A stretch of DNA of 63,912 nt, filler included, from Licmophora abbreviata (lineage: Eukaryota), in assembly GCA_900291995.1 (NCBI GenBank). It is 11 parts of 11 records of this genome, joined end to end, with 100 filler letters (N's around TTAATTAATTAA, not from the genome) between each part and the next. Parts side by side here need not be neighbours in the genome. Positions count along the whole stretch, not along the records: positions 29,561 to 45,275 come from OLMU01001954.1; positions 45,376 to 50,394 come from OLMU01001955.1; positions 50,495 to 58,687 come from OLMU01001956.1; 8 more parts are not named here. One strand, given 5' to 3'. The position numbers and the translations under genes were made by a program. Under the pieces are notes generated by a model, which had not been told where the DNA came from, searched no databases, and saw nothing but the letters and a program-made list of their open reading frames with translations. This document shows positions 44,522 to 56,193 of this stretch, piece after piece. Each line of letters begins with the position of its first letter. The first letter of the stretch is position 1.

Positions 44522-46367
44522 ATGTGCTCCTTGCCGTCGGTCGTCCACGATGAACTCGTAATAGCGGGAGTCAACGAAACCATCACATCATCGGTGCCGA
44601 TGCAGACCAGTCAAGTCGCGTCAGAGCAAGAGTTACATACTCTGATTGCACGTGTTGGAAGTAGGTCTAATTTTGGAGGTGACGCTATGGATCGACAATG
44701 GCGTCGAGTACAGCTACGATGCCAGACGCATCCCAAGGAGGTGGCGGCGCTCGACCGCCGCGGAAGGATGGGTCTGCATGCCGCTTGTGCCAAAAAGCCA
44801 ACGATGGCTGCTGTGAATGCCCTGTTGAATGCTATGAGCTCAGATGATTCTTGTCACAGTGGACTGTTGCATTGCGACAATCATGGACGAACTCCCCTTG
44901 CCACTGCCATTGGGAGTAATGCTAGCTTCCGAGTCGTGAAACGTCTATTGGAGGTTGCACCAGAAGCCTCAGAGTCCACAGATGATGCAGGAATGCTGCC
45001 GTTGCACCTCGCATGCTTTGGATATGATATTGAAAGAGTTGAACTGGTAAGACTCTTGCTCGAGGTATATCCAGAGGGAGCCCATATGGCGAGCTGTCCA
45101 CTCGCGATCGTCGCCGGCCGGGGAAGGACTCCACTCCATGCAGCTCTGGAAGGAAATGCCCCAATGGAAGTAATCCAGATTCTAGTTAAGGCCTTTCCCA
45201 ACGCGGTCATATCCCAGGACAGCCGGGGTAGCTCAAAGTCTCGGGCAGCTGTAGGGAATTACAGTGGCTGCAGCTNNNNNNNNNNNNNNNNNNNNNNNNN
45301 NNNNNNNNNNNNNNNNNNNTTAATTAATTAANNNNNNNNNNNNNNNNNNNNNNNNNNNNNNNNNNNNNNNNNNNNGGGCAGCTGTAGGGAATTACAGTGG
45401 CTGCAGCTCGCTCGACTGGGCCATACGCCACTTCGTGTCGGTAGATGTGATTCGCTGCATGGTGGAGGCATGCCCGGACGTCATACATTCGCATGATGCG
45501 ATGGGGAGTCTCCCCTTGCGCTATGCCGTTGAATCCCAGCGGTCGACTGACGTTTTGGAATGTCTTGTAAATACAAACGCGGCATCGGATATTGTTCTGG
45601 ACACAGAAATGGGAAATACTGTCTTGTACAACGCTCTCTGTGATGGGCGTGTGCCTCAAGAATCCACCGTTCGTTTCTTGGTCCGTTTGGCTCCGCAAGC
45701 GGTGAACCAGAGGGCCAAGGCAGGTCGAACTCCGTTGACACTTGCCTTTCAGACTTTTGAGAAGGGAGTGCGTTCGGCGGCGGGTCGATCGGGCACACTG
45801 CATTTGTGGAACATAATTTGTACAATGCTTCGGGCGGCGCAGTACGGACGACTGGAGAAAAGTGACCCTATCCTACACGCGGCTGTGTCTCGGCTTGGTC
45901 CCCATACAATTGTCGTGAAAGCCCTGCGGCAACATCCGGAGCAGGTTCGAATGGTAGACCAACACGGACACGTCCCCATCTTGTTGGCATTAAATGGACC
46001 GCGCAATGACAAGTCCGCGATTGTGGTGCAAATGCTAGAATCTCATCCAGATGCAGCAATTTTCACCGATCCAGAAGGACGTTCTGTCCTCTCACATGCC
46101 GCTTGCTCCATGTCCGTGACTCCCGACGCCTTAGGCTGTCTGATTCAGGCCCACCCAGCGGCGCTTCGTCAATTGGATCCACTACATTCGCTCTATCCGT
46201 TTCAGCTGGCGGCATTGAAAAAGAGACCGCGTCTCGGTCCAAAAATCACTCATATTGAACTCCAAGAGGGGAACGAAAACGTCAACGAGGATTTGCTTCA
46301 GCTGTCAGCCATCTTCAAACTCCTTCAGGCGGCACCTGATTTGGTTCATGCTCATCGTGCCGAGTGA
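44522..46367 (+). CDS. Ankyrin-like repeat protein spanning gap 45276-45375
   Basis: Repeats GRMGLHAAC, GRTPLATA, GMLPLHLAC, GRTPLHAA, GSLPLRYA, LYPFQLAA; the frame is continuous once the 33-nt duplicated flanks are merged. Confidence 0.8.
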
Positions 46368-46667
46368 GACTATAAACTACTAGAGTCGATGAAGCGAGTG
46401 TCCTTCATTCGTATAGTAGTGATAGGTTCATTTTCTCCAGCAATCAGCGATAAGTTCCTTCGGAAAGAAGTTTAAAAGTAGACAAGGCTGAAAAAGGAAG
46501 TTCGAAAGTTGAAAGTGGGCCTCACGTAAAAAGCCGGGTTCCAATCACACAAAGTATCAATCGCACCCGTCAGGCTTCTGAACTTTTCAGTCACGTATGG
46601 GCCGCCGGTCATCGTAAAATTTAGATTTTCAGTGCCCATGCATATCGTCAAACACACTATCGCATCG

Positions 46668-48230
46668 ATGGGCGGCAACAAGTCGACCGTGAACCTACTC
46701 CTTCTCGCCTTGGGGCTCGGGTGCCTCCTGACGCTCATGTCAGTGCGAACGACGGGGCGCATCAACATGATGGACCGGGATAGGTCGCTTGCTGACGTCC
46801 CACTGCTTCTGACTGAGGAAATAGTATCGAATGTGAAGCGTGATGATACGCAGAGTTTGTCGTATCAACAAGTACCAGTGACCGCAACAGGAGAAGACAT
46901 GCCCAGCTATCAGAAAACTATCGAAAGTAGAACTCCTGAGAGGCCGACTTCGGAGACTCAGACACCCGATAGATCGGCTCTGGTGCTGACAAGTATACCA
47001 TCGACTGAGAAGCGTGACAAGCCTCAAAGTGTGTCTGGTCAACAAGCGCCAATCACCTCACCAGGAGTAGGCACAGCTGACTCTCAAATCACCACCAACA
47101 GGACAGCTCCACAGGAATCTGCTCCCGAGACTCAAACATCCGACAAGACGCCCATAGAAACAAGCAGCACAGTCGATCTGGGACCGCCTGAGCCTTTGCC
47201 AAAAGTCCCCCAGGCACATCCGGAACCAACAGGCAATGAAAACCAAACAAATCTGCAGAAAACAAACGACATTCGAGCAAATATGACAATGGTAAATGGG
47301 ACAAAGAGCCTCGGCGATACCACTACACCAACGACCGTCCAGGTCGACCCGACTTGGCCTCCGCCAATGGGTCACATTGCGGATTCACAAAAGCGAATCA
47401 TCCTTTTGATTGTCAACTGTGGATACATTGATATGGCAGACAATCTAATCCAGTCACTTCTCAATGTCAACGTGACCAATTTTGTCCTTATTCCTCTGGA
47501 CAGTATGACCTACACCACTCTTCGAAAAATTTACCCTGAGCGCGTGGTTCCGCTAATGCCCGGCCTGGAGCAGATAACAGAGACAGCCACATATGGATCA
47601 GAAGCGTTCAAGGCTCTAACGGCATCTCGTGCAAACATTGTCCACCAATTTCTGGAGCAAGGGTATACTATCTTCTATTGTGATCTCGACATGGTATGGA
47701 GGAAGAATGCATTGGAGTATGTTGCGAAGTTAACGGATGTGAACGAGTATGAGCTGGTCGTTGTCAACGATCACAATCGTCACACAGTATGTTCTTGTTT
47801 TCTTTATATGAAACCCACACTCAACAACCTTGAGCTACTCGAAATGTGGGATGCCGAGATAAGGACTGGAGCCCATGAGCAAGACCAACCGGCGTTTCAA
47901 GCTGCACTCAAAGCTAAGACTGAACATCGTGGCGACAAGCGAGAATTGAAGTATCTAAAAATTGCGGCCGACAGCGCATTCATCCCATCAGGAAAGATGT
48001 TTTTTAGGCTTTGGAATGATACAGCGAAAGAGGAGGTAGTTATTGTGCACAACAACTATATTCGTGGATACGAAACGAAGGTAGAGAGGTTTGCGAACTT
48101 CAGTTTATGGAACCCGACAGGGAACCTCGAGAAAGTGTCCTACTCTTGCAAGAATGTCATGACAAGACGACTGGAATCCTGTTCTGCATGGCTTAATCAA
48201 GTAGGGAAGCGGAGGGTGCGGCGCTCATAG
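46668..48230 (+). CDS. Nucleotide-diphospho-sugar transferase (GT77/Nucleotid_trans-like), type II membrane protein
   Basis: N-terminal TM, T/P/S-rich stem, VNCGYIDM, GYTIFYCDLDMVW (DxD), DQPAF, VHNNY. Confidence 0.8.
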   Translation: MGGNKSTVNLLLLALGLGCLLTLMSVRTTGRINMMDRDRSLADVPLLLTEEIVSNVKRDDTQSLSYQQVPVTATGEDMPSYQKTIESRTPERPTSETQTPDRSALVLTSIPSTEKRDKPQSVSGQQAPITSPGVGTADSQITTNRTAPQESAPETQTSDKTPIETSSTVDLGPPEPLPKVPQAHPEPTGNENQTNLQKTNDIRANMTMVNGTKSLGDTTTPTTVQVDPTWPPPMGHIADSQKRIILLIVNCGYIDMADNLIQSLLNVNVTNFVLIPLDSMTYTTLRKIYPERVVPLMPGLEQITETATYGSEAFKALTASRANIVHQFLEQGYTIFYCDLDMVWRKNALEYVAKLTDVNEYELVVVNDHNRHTVCSCFLYMKPTLNNLELLEMWDAEIRTGAHEQDQPAFQAALKAKTEHRGDKRELKYLKIAADSAFIPSGKMFFRLWNDTAKEEVVIVHNNYIRGYETKVERFANFSLWNPTGNLEKVSYSCKNVMTRRLESCSAWLNQVGKRRVRRS

Positions 48231-48272
48231 AAGTTAAAAAGGTTAAATCGTAATGGATGGCAAATACAATTC

Positions 48273-49118
48273 TTAATAGTAGAGTCTAATGCGTCTGGTG
48301 ATTCGCGAGCGACACATGGGACACTCACGTAAACGCCTGGAGCAGGTCGAGCAAGTCTGATGTCCGCACTGCAACGCAACCTCCAGTTCTTGCTCGCAGC
48401 AGATCTTGCACAATGGTACAATTCGTGTGGGGTTCTCCGCGAGGCGTGTCTTGGTGGACCTCTTCATGCGTCGTTCCAGGCGACGTTTGATGGATTCCAG
48501 TTTTTCCGCTTCTGTGACAATCAGGCTCTCGTGATTCTGCCACAACTTGGTCACACGAGATGCGAACGCAACAACGCGCCTCGATTCATGAGCTGATTGC
48601 AAGACGAGGCGAAGGAGATTTCCTTTGGTCGGTCGAAGGTCCAGCGCCTCCGCAATGAACGAGTTCGACAGGTAGCTACACATAGGCGACTCGTTGAGCC
48701 ATTCGGAATATGCTGAGTGTGACGGGATTGTCCGGTGATCGAGAAATCTTTCAACCCGCCTCTGTACGCGGCGAACGCCATGGATCAATGGCAGAATGCT
48801 GCTGATACCAGGAGGGGTTTTTATCTTCTCCTTCGGAACACATGATGTGTTCAGGACAAGAAGAGGTAGCAAATCGTAGTACTCAGCGAAGAACGCATCC
48901 GGAAGAGCAGCGACAGCTGTGGTTCGTTTCTGCGCCGCAACCAGTGAACGAGTCGCAATCGCTTTCTTTTCTTTCGATGACTCCAACTCTTTTCTGACAA
49001 AAACAAGATACTGTGAGAGCGATGCTTCTGCCACGCTGAGCTCATTCCAGAGAGACAACATTGTGAAATCTCCTTCCCCGGCTAACTCAGCCGCCATTTT
49101 ACTTGTCGATCTTGGCAT
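48273..49118 (-). CDS. C-terminal C3HC4 RING finger protein (putative E3 ligase)
   Basis: CKICCEQELEVALQCGHQTCSTCSRRLRECPMCRSRI at the C-terminus after a coiled-coil; 5' end uncertain. Confidence 0.8.
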   Translation of the reverse strand: MPRSTSKMAAELAGEGDFTMLSLWNELSVAEASLSQYLVFVRKELESSKEKKAIATRSLVAAQKRTTAVAALPDAFFAEYYDLLPLLVLNTSCVPKEKIKTPPGISSILPLIHGVRRVQRRVERFLDHRTIPSHSAYSEWLNESPMCSYLSNSFIAEALDLRPTKGNLLRLVLQSAHESRRVVAFASRVTKLWQNHESLIVTEAEKLESIKRRLERRMKRSTKTRLAENPTRIVPLCKICCEQELEVALQCGHQTCSTCSRRLRECPMCRSRITRRIRLYY

Positions 49119-49435
49119 TTCCACCGCCACGCTTTGGCTCTCTAGTAGCGAGTGATTAGGTCAGCCTACCGGTCAATACCAATCATCCAGGTGGTCGATG
49201 GGCAACTCGGTCGGCATCTGTCTGTCATTGGCCGTCATGCACACCTCGGCAGCATGCGGTCGACGGACGGACTCGTATCGCTGCCTTTTGATCTCTCTCA
49301 ACAAAGTCACTTTTCAATTTTCAGCTGGTGAACAAAGGGGTACAGTGGAACAACTGTACCACACCATCATCCGAGCGTCCAACCTTCTGGTTGTGGACTC
49401 TATATGATTGAGTAGAAGCACAGCACCACGGATGC

Positions 49436-50898
49436 TCAGCTGAAGGCCATCTCGGGATGAGGCGAGAGCTCCAAATCGATAGTTGGCATGTCCGTCGTCG
49501 ATTCTACTTCTCTGTTTCTACCACCAGCACCGGTATTGGTTTTCACATAGCCAGATGGATCACTATTCACAGGACTCGGTCCCATTTCATAAATGCAGAC
49601 ACCACTGACAGTCATACTTAGCGCTACCCAGAACAGCGGACTCGGTACGATGCGCTCTCCAACAACGGAAAAGATGACGGACCACAAATCGCCAGTCAGA
49701 AAGGAGAGATTCAAGAATGTCGCTTCCGATACTAATAGAAATCGAGAGGCTCCCACATAGCTCACAGCGTTGGTCACTGCGTATGCAACGAGCAGCCCTA
49801 ATGCCTTTTCCGCAGAACAGACGGAGTCGTCTTTGCCTCGAAACAAGTCGGCAATGTCGTCTTGCTCCAGTATCGCAGTCTGAATGATGGAAATTACAAG
49901 GCAAAAAATCCCATCATTCCCAAAAACTCGGTGGGACCTCCAAAAATGCGGACTGATGTCTCGGCGAGCACATCGTTGGCACCGTAGCAGATGCCCCCCA
50001 GAATCGCCAGCAGATCGCCCCAGGCTTTTCTTGGATACTGTCGCTCGCCCTCCGTGTCCAGCTGGTTATGTGCATCCGATTCGTAATCGGCCAAGACATT
50101 GAATACGACACCCACTAGACACGCAAGGACGCCAACATAATGAATGGCCGTGTAGCGTCGCTTCAAGAACACAACGGAGAGAATCATTGCCGATGGAATG
50201 GCCAAGGCATCAAAGAGTGTTACCGACGTGAGCGTTGTGTATCGGAACGCCAAGACGGTGAAATAGTTGGCCTGGACATCCAGAAAGGCAATGCCCAGGT
50301 AAGTCAGTGGATGGACACGTACTGGTATGACCCAACAGAACCAGTGGGTTCGTGATGGGCAGCTGTTGTCTTGTCGTTCGTCAATAACGACGCCNNNNNN
50401 NNNNNNNNNNNNNNNNNNNNNNNNNNNNNNNNNNNNNNTTAATTAATTAANNNNNNNNNNNNNNNNNNNNNNNNNNNNNNNNNNNNNNNNNNNNATACGG
50501 CGTAACTTTCGTCCTTGATAGTACAACGGGATCAAATGAAGAGACAAAATAAAATAGATGATCCCCGAACTGAATGTAGGTGCCGATAAGTGACACTGAA
50601 AGTGCAGAGTCGCTTGGGACGCCCCGCTGCAGGCAAGAAGAAAGCTCAGAAACTGGCCAAAGAGCACGATTTTGCAGTAGGCTGGGGGAGAAGAAAACTG
50701 ACGGCTGGCATCCTGGGTAGCCTTATATGGGCCCATTGCTCCAATCGACAGTTCCTCCTGTGGATGGTCGAAGAACATGTGGTCCTGGCTGTGTGCTGCA
50801 GAGTCGCCGACACCGGCGTATCGCCCACTCACGTTGATGATGTATCTGCGCGAGGAGGAGCTTAGCTGACTGCCGTCAGGGTAATCGGACTCGTTCAT
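49436..50898 (-). CDS. SLC35F1/F2-like (DUF914) transporter, copy 1; spans gap 50395-50494; apparent frameshift at 49903-49908
   Basis: FGQFLSFLLA, DVQANYFTVLAFRYTTLTSVTLFDALAIP, GDLLAILG..YG..DV..E, SEATFLNLSFLTGDLWS. Confidence 0.85.
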
Positions 50899-51157
50899 GC
50901 AAAACCCGAACGATGTCGAATCATCTTGTCACCATGCGTTAACGAAACTCATCTAAACGGCTACAGAAAGCGCCATTGTAGCATTGCTGTCGTTGAGCTC
51001 ATCATCGGCGGCATTTCTTGTGTGAAAAAAGTGTGATGGCAATGTTGCGAGATCTTTTGTGGATCAAAGTTTGTCCGTCCGTACGTACGTAGTTTCAAAG
51101 TTTCCCGCCAAAAAACTCACAAAACGATCACATCATCGCGTCCTTGGTGAAACTCCC

Positions 51158-51844
51158 ATGATGAACAGCCCGCCCTACTTGCCCCCTCGTCCCGATTTGT
51201 ACGATGGAATAGATCGCTTGTGTCATGCGTTTCCCTTGATGACGTACAAAAATGTACTTTCGGTTCGATGCACCCCCTGCGGCCGCGTCGTCGGGACTAT
51301 GGGAGACGACGGGTGTTCACGCATCGTTCTTGACCGCGACTTGCACGCGGACCTACAGCACAGCTCCCTCGGCACCACAGAGGATGTGCCGTCTGAATAT
51401 ACGGTTCTCACAAGAGATCAGCAACTTGTCTTTAAAGTTTTACGCAACAAGGTGACAAGGGATGAGTCCATGGGGGACGCGGAAAAGCTGCTCGGTCTAG
51501 CGCTGCTCTGGTCGTTTGCTGATGTTTACGGACTCGTTTCGATACACGAGAGTTTGCTGCACGAAGGTGCATGGGGATATGGGTACTCGAATAAAGCTGA
51601 AATTATGCGATGGAAACAGCAGTCTCTACTTAGCCAGAACGGACGACGAAACTATGATGTGTTTGTCGTTCACGAGATTGATACAGAGAATCGAACTGCT
51701 CTGACGGGATGGGAGCGTCTACAGCCTTCTGAGCTGAACGGACGAGGGACTGAAGTCATTCAGTTTTCACAAGACTGGAAAGTCGTTCACGTACAGAGTA
51801 TACCACACAGAACGAAAGCACAAGAGCGGCAACAAATATCGTAA
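51158..51844 (+). CDS. Hypothetical protein
   Basis: 228-aa ORF from ATG 51158 occupying the space between flanking genes; no motif recognised. Confidence 0.5.
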   Translation: MMNSPPYLPPRPDLYDGIDRLCHAFPLMTYKNVLSVRCTPCGRVVGTMGDDGCSRIVLDRDLHADLQHSSLGTTEDVPSEYTVLTRDQQLVFKVLRNKVTRDESMGDAEKLLGLALLWSFADVYGLVSIHESLLHEGAWGYGYSNKAEIMRWKQQSLLSQNGRRNYDVFVVHEIDTENRTALTGWERLQPSELNGRGTEVIQFSQDWKVVHVQSIPHRTKAQERQQIS

Positions 51845-51877
51845 ACATATCATACTTTGCACAATCAATATCAAGCA

Positions 51878-53035
51878 TCAGTCAATACCCTTCTTTCGTT
51901 GAACTGTTGTAGAAGCCGTGGTGCGATTTCCGTAGTGCAACGATGAACTAGGCGCGACAGAACGGTTATAGCTGCCGCTCGCTGCCTTCGGCACAGGGTA
52001 GGATGTTTTTTTGTTTTGCGTCTGCTGTCTTTTTGCTTGTTGCCGTTGCCGTGGCCGGTGCTTTCGTCGCATACCGTGTCCCCCCTGGTGTGGCCTCTCC
52101 TCTCGGAACTGACCAATCAACACTGTGATGAGTAGGGCAAAAATGCCAAACACAAGCATTAAAATTCCTTGCCACGATAGCCCCTTGCTCTCTTTAATGG
52201 TCAGCTTGTGTCGCCTCTGTTTGATGTAGCTTTCGATTCGCGATACCATGCTTCGCGGTCGTCTCCGTGACTCACGATAGTTGAACGGCCGCATGGGTAC
52301 TACAATGTGACCCTGTTCATTCCTTCTAGCACCGATTGACGCTCCTAGCAACGCCGAGACATCTTGGTCTTCCACAGGCTCTTCCGCGTCGTCGTCGTAG
52401 TGACCTGGTACATTCTGAGGCTGTTTCAAAATGACTTCATACGATAGATAGTGGCCATTCTCATCAATCCCTCGCGAGTAGTACGCGGCTTCCGCTCTCT
52501 TCTTCTTCTTCTTATCTTTCTTCCTTTTTCCTTTTCGCCTTTCGTCAAATAAGGATCGATCAAATGGTGGAGCCTCGTCGATTTTCACAAAGTTGCCGTA
52601 TCCATCAATCCTAACAGGATCGACTTTCAATAGCTGCTTTCGAGCGAATGTGACGGACAAAGAGCGGCGACCGGAAGAGGGGGTGATTTCCAACGAGCAG
52701 TCCAATGTACGACATGATAACCAGAGAGACGCTACTCAAGACAACGACACGTATGGAACGGGTGAGAGAACACGTGGGAGGTTCACGTCACGCAAGACTC
52801 TCCGTCCGCGACAACGCACTCCGAACGTACCGTGACTGTTTCGTAGATGTCGATATCCACTGTATGTGATCAGCAGACTGACTACCAGCATAATGTAAGT
52901 TCCTTTCATGAACGGACTCGCTTCTCGCCATACACGATGTAGTGGCGAATCCATCTGAATTCCGCGCCCACTTCCATCGGGGGCTCCCGAGTGGACGGCC
53001 ATAGGTAGCGACTCCTTTCGTCGAAAGAGCATCAT
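51878..53035 (-). CDS. Hypothetical two-TM membrane protein, 2 exons (intron 52732-52830)
   Basis: A GTACGT..TAG intron joins ORFs 52736..53089 and 51878..52705 in frame; hydrophobic segments YIMLVVSLLITY and GILMLVFGIFALLITVLIG. Confidence 0.65.
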
Positions 53036-53638
53036 TTTCTTTGACAACACCAACGAGCGCAATTCGTTATCTGGGGTTATCGAGAACAAGGACTAGACAG
53101 GAGGAGGCAAAAGCGGCTCCAAAAACAAACAAACGGGCTTGTGCTGTTTTAGTTGGTGTAGTAGGCCGCCTTTCGACACAAATGGCGCTGATGCTGGCGG
53201 CGTCTCACTTACTCTCTCGTCGTTGTCGTGCGGCATGCCCGCCGTGCGAAGAACACTTCGTGGTATGTCAAAGACATGTATCATAGATGCCGTATTCCTG
53301 ATTCCGACCAGAGGTGGCGTGAGCGCGGTTCCGGATCAAAGGGCCCTGATGAGGGCCTGAATGCTTGTGATGGCTGACTATCATAGCAAGGACACCAGCC
53401 GAGAATCAGTATCGTTGATAGTCTGAACAATGTCTTCGTGACAAAATTTCACAAGTATAGACGAGGCAAGGCTCTGCTCTCGTGCACGAGACGGCGCAGT
53501 CACATGTCCCGCCTCGACCACGATTGCTACGAATTGCTGTTTAGTAAAGTAAAGCCTAAGCCGTGGCCATCTGTCTAAGCATAGTGTTATATCCTTGGTG
53601 GATCAAAATGTATACATGCCCCCTGCCCCCTCTTTCCT

Positions 53639-54208
53639 TCACGGAAACTTCCCTTTCTTTTCCATATCGATCGAGCCGTCCTCGTCTTCCCCGCCAGTGT
53701 TCCGTGATCCCAGCTCGTTCGCCCACAGGACTACCATGAAGACCAGCATAGTTAGCCCCAGGCCATAACGACGAAGCGTCGGATGATGGGATACCCAAGA
53801 ATAAGCTTTCTCTAGCTGACTCACAGCTTCCTCCGTCCTCTCCTCGGTTTCAATCATGAGCGCCGTCATACCTGTAATTTCTTCATCCTGGCTCTCAACT
53901 AGATCTGCCAGATCATTTGAGATCGCGTGAATCTGTTTCATGTCACTCGTGATGTCTTCCAAATGACCATTTCGCTCCTCCAGGATAGCCTCTTCCAATC
54001 TCATGGGTGGATCATACTCAAACTCCACCATTTCTTCGTCATCCGCCAGGAGGCTGTCGTCGTCGTTGTCGTGCAGTTCTTGTACTTCATTCGAACTCAA
54101 CGCGCTCGTCCATGACGTCCACTTTTTCAATTCCGTCTTCTCGGGGATCCTTTCCTCCAAGAAGGGACGGGAGAGGGCTTCGTCAAATGCCGACGAAGAG
54201 GAAAACAT
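53639..54208 (-). CDS. Syntaxin-like Q-SNARE
   Basis: SNARE heptads ILEERNGHLEDITSDMKQIHAISNDLADLVESQDEEI..EAVSQLEKA with central Q, followed by a TM helix. Confidence 0.8.
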   Translation of the reverse strand: MFSSSSAFDEALSRPFLEERIPEKTELKKWTSWTSALSSNEVQELHDNDDDSLLADDEEMVEFEYDPPMRLEEAILEERNGHLEDITSDMKQIHAISNDLADLVESQDEEITGMTALMIETEERTEEAVSQLEKAYSWVSHHPTLRRYGLGLTMLVFMVVLWANELGSRNTGGEDEDGSIDMEKKGKFP

Positions 54209-54828
54209 GGTGGTGGTGCGTGTCGACGGACGCTCGAATGAGGTGCTCGACGGATGGTTTCACGGAGATCACGTAGAAACAGTACTGAAGTCACGTTGAC
54301 GACGATCGAAGTTGAGACCCAGATGGGGCGGTGCTCATTACTTATGGCCATGCGCACATCTCTAGCGATTACTTATGATCGATGAGCCCACTATAGAGAA
54401 AATAGGAAGAACACGTTTGGAAGCCTGACTAATAGTTCGTATGCATTCGAGCTCGTAGTAGAATTTGTACGACAAATTCTACTCCTCCCGGAATCTCATC
54501 CCTCCCGGCTACTCAGCAGAATTGACTGGGGACATCTTTAAATAGAAAGTCAGCCCTCAATAAGTATTTACGAATTTAGCCGTTTTAGTGTGTGAGCTTT
54601 TCGTGAGATAAATACATCGAGAAGCTCGGACTTTGGATTCGAAAAAAGTGCGGGAAATTCGTGTTTGTTGTATATGTCGACGGTGATTACATTGGACAGG
54701 TCGTGTGGCAGAACACCTATTCATCCAAACAGACGATACACGATGACCGAGAAGCATGGACAGTCTTCCGCAAAGAGATCTCTCGTCTTCGCCTTACAAT
54801 TTGAAAGTCGAAGCAGCACCTTGACATC

Positions 54829-55480
54829 ATGATGAACGAGCCTCTCCTTCCCGCTCGAGTTTACACGTCTATCTCATCATCTGAGCCTCTCGTCGAGCCA
54901 TGCAAGACGAGCTCTGATCTGGACCTTTCTTTTCTCGCAAGGTTCCGAATCTGCTGTTCTCTACTTGGTCTTTTGGTCGGTGCCTTTACCCAGCTCAGTG
55001 ATATTGGTGGACACATCTTGAAGCTTCTGTTGCCACTTGCAACCAACAAGGAGCTTGTACACGGCAGGCTTTATTTTGATGCCATCTGGTCTCTTGTCAG
55101 TTCTGCCACGGTAGTGATATTCCTCCTCCTGCTGCGCGGCGTCTGTGTGTCAAGTTTGAAACAGATCGACAGTCGCAAGAAGCTCTCCCTCAAATGGGTC
55201 TTTGAAATGGACGTTTGGTACGGCATTGGTGCTATCGCTGGACTATGTCTGGCGTTTTATTCTATTCGTGGAGCTACAATGATTCCCATATACATGTGGC
55301 TTCTGGGTCCGCTCTTGAGCAGCGTGATGTTTGGAGGCGTCATGATTCTCGTGGATCGTTGCATCGGCCTTGAACGAGACGACGAAGAAGAAGAAGAAGA
55401 AGATTGATGATGATGAATGTACTAATCAAATGAAAAGACCAACGGCTGCGCAGGCGGACTATGCCTTGGTGGTTGTGTAG
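54829..55480 (+). CDS. Hypothetical multi-TM protein; as sequenced it stops at 55407, and removing one T extends it to 55480
   Basis: Four hydrophobic segments and an acidic tail; the alternative frame continues DDDECTNQMKRPTAAQADYALVVV*. Confidence 0.6.
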
Positions 55481-56193
55481 CGTTGAGACGAGGGGAAAGA
55501 TTGACCCAAGCTATGTTGGCAATGTAGCGGATCGCACATCTAAGAACAAATGCATTTCTGGAGCGAGTCGCTCCGTCTAGCTGCCAGGCAAATAGTAATG
55601 AGAGAGAGAGAAGTAGATCTCTTAGAGAAAGCTATCCACGTATCTATGCTACAGCCATAGGAAGCAATCCTTTGAACTTAGGATGGATTGGACGGGGCAT
55701 GGATTTGAACAAACATGCCAGTGTTCCGAATGAATGAATCGTCTGTGTAGGTCGGGTCACGATCTCCCGCCGCAAGAGTATGGCAGACTGGACTCGTTCG
55801 ACTTGAGATGAAAAATTCTCATCGCTCTCCGCCTTCAATCTGCCACCAACACGTCCTTCAGTATTTAGGAAATAGACTTCGGCTTTCAGAAGAAACGCCA
55901 AGTTTGACACTCCACGTGTGTATCTAATCGCCAACTTCAAGTCGTCACATTTCGCGCAGTACCGGTACGTACGTCATCATGTTCGCATGTAGCCGGAGTA
56001 CGAATACCAGGTATCATATGTCAGTACTGACGTTACGGCATGGCCACGTAGACTGGTTGGCGTTTTCCGCTTTGCCACTTCAAAGCGTTCTCGCCCACGC
56101 CACGGAAGTTCTTTTCGCTTTCACACTTCTTCTCACTTCTGGCTTCCGCCAATCGCTCGTTGTGACGACCGTTACGCACCCCCTTCCTCCACG

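Noticed and set aside
49894..49910. Programmed -1 ribosomal frameshift in SLC35F copy 1
   Set aside because: No complete slippery heptamer; the paralog is in frame at this point and similar indels recur in the window, so a homopolymer error is more likely
55405..55416. TGATGATGATGA as selenocysteine or readthrough codons
   Set aside because: It is a (GAT)n Asp run read out of frame after one extra T; no SECIS was identified
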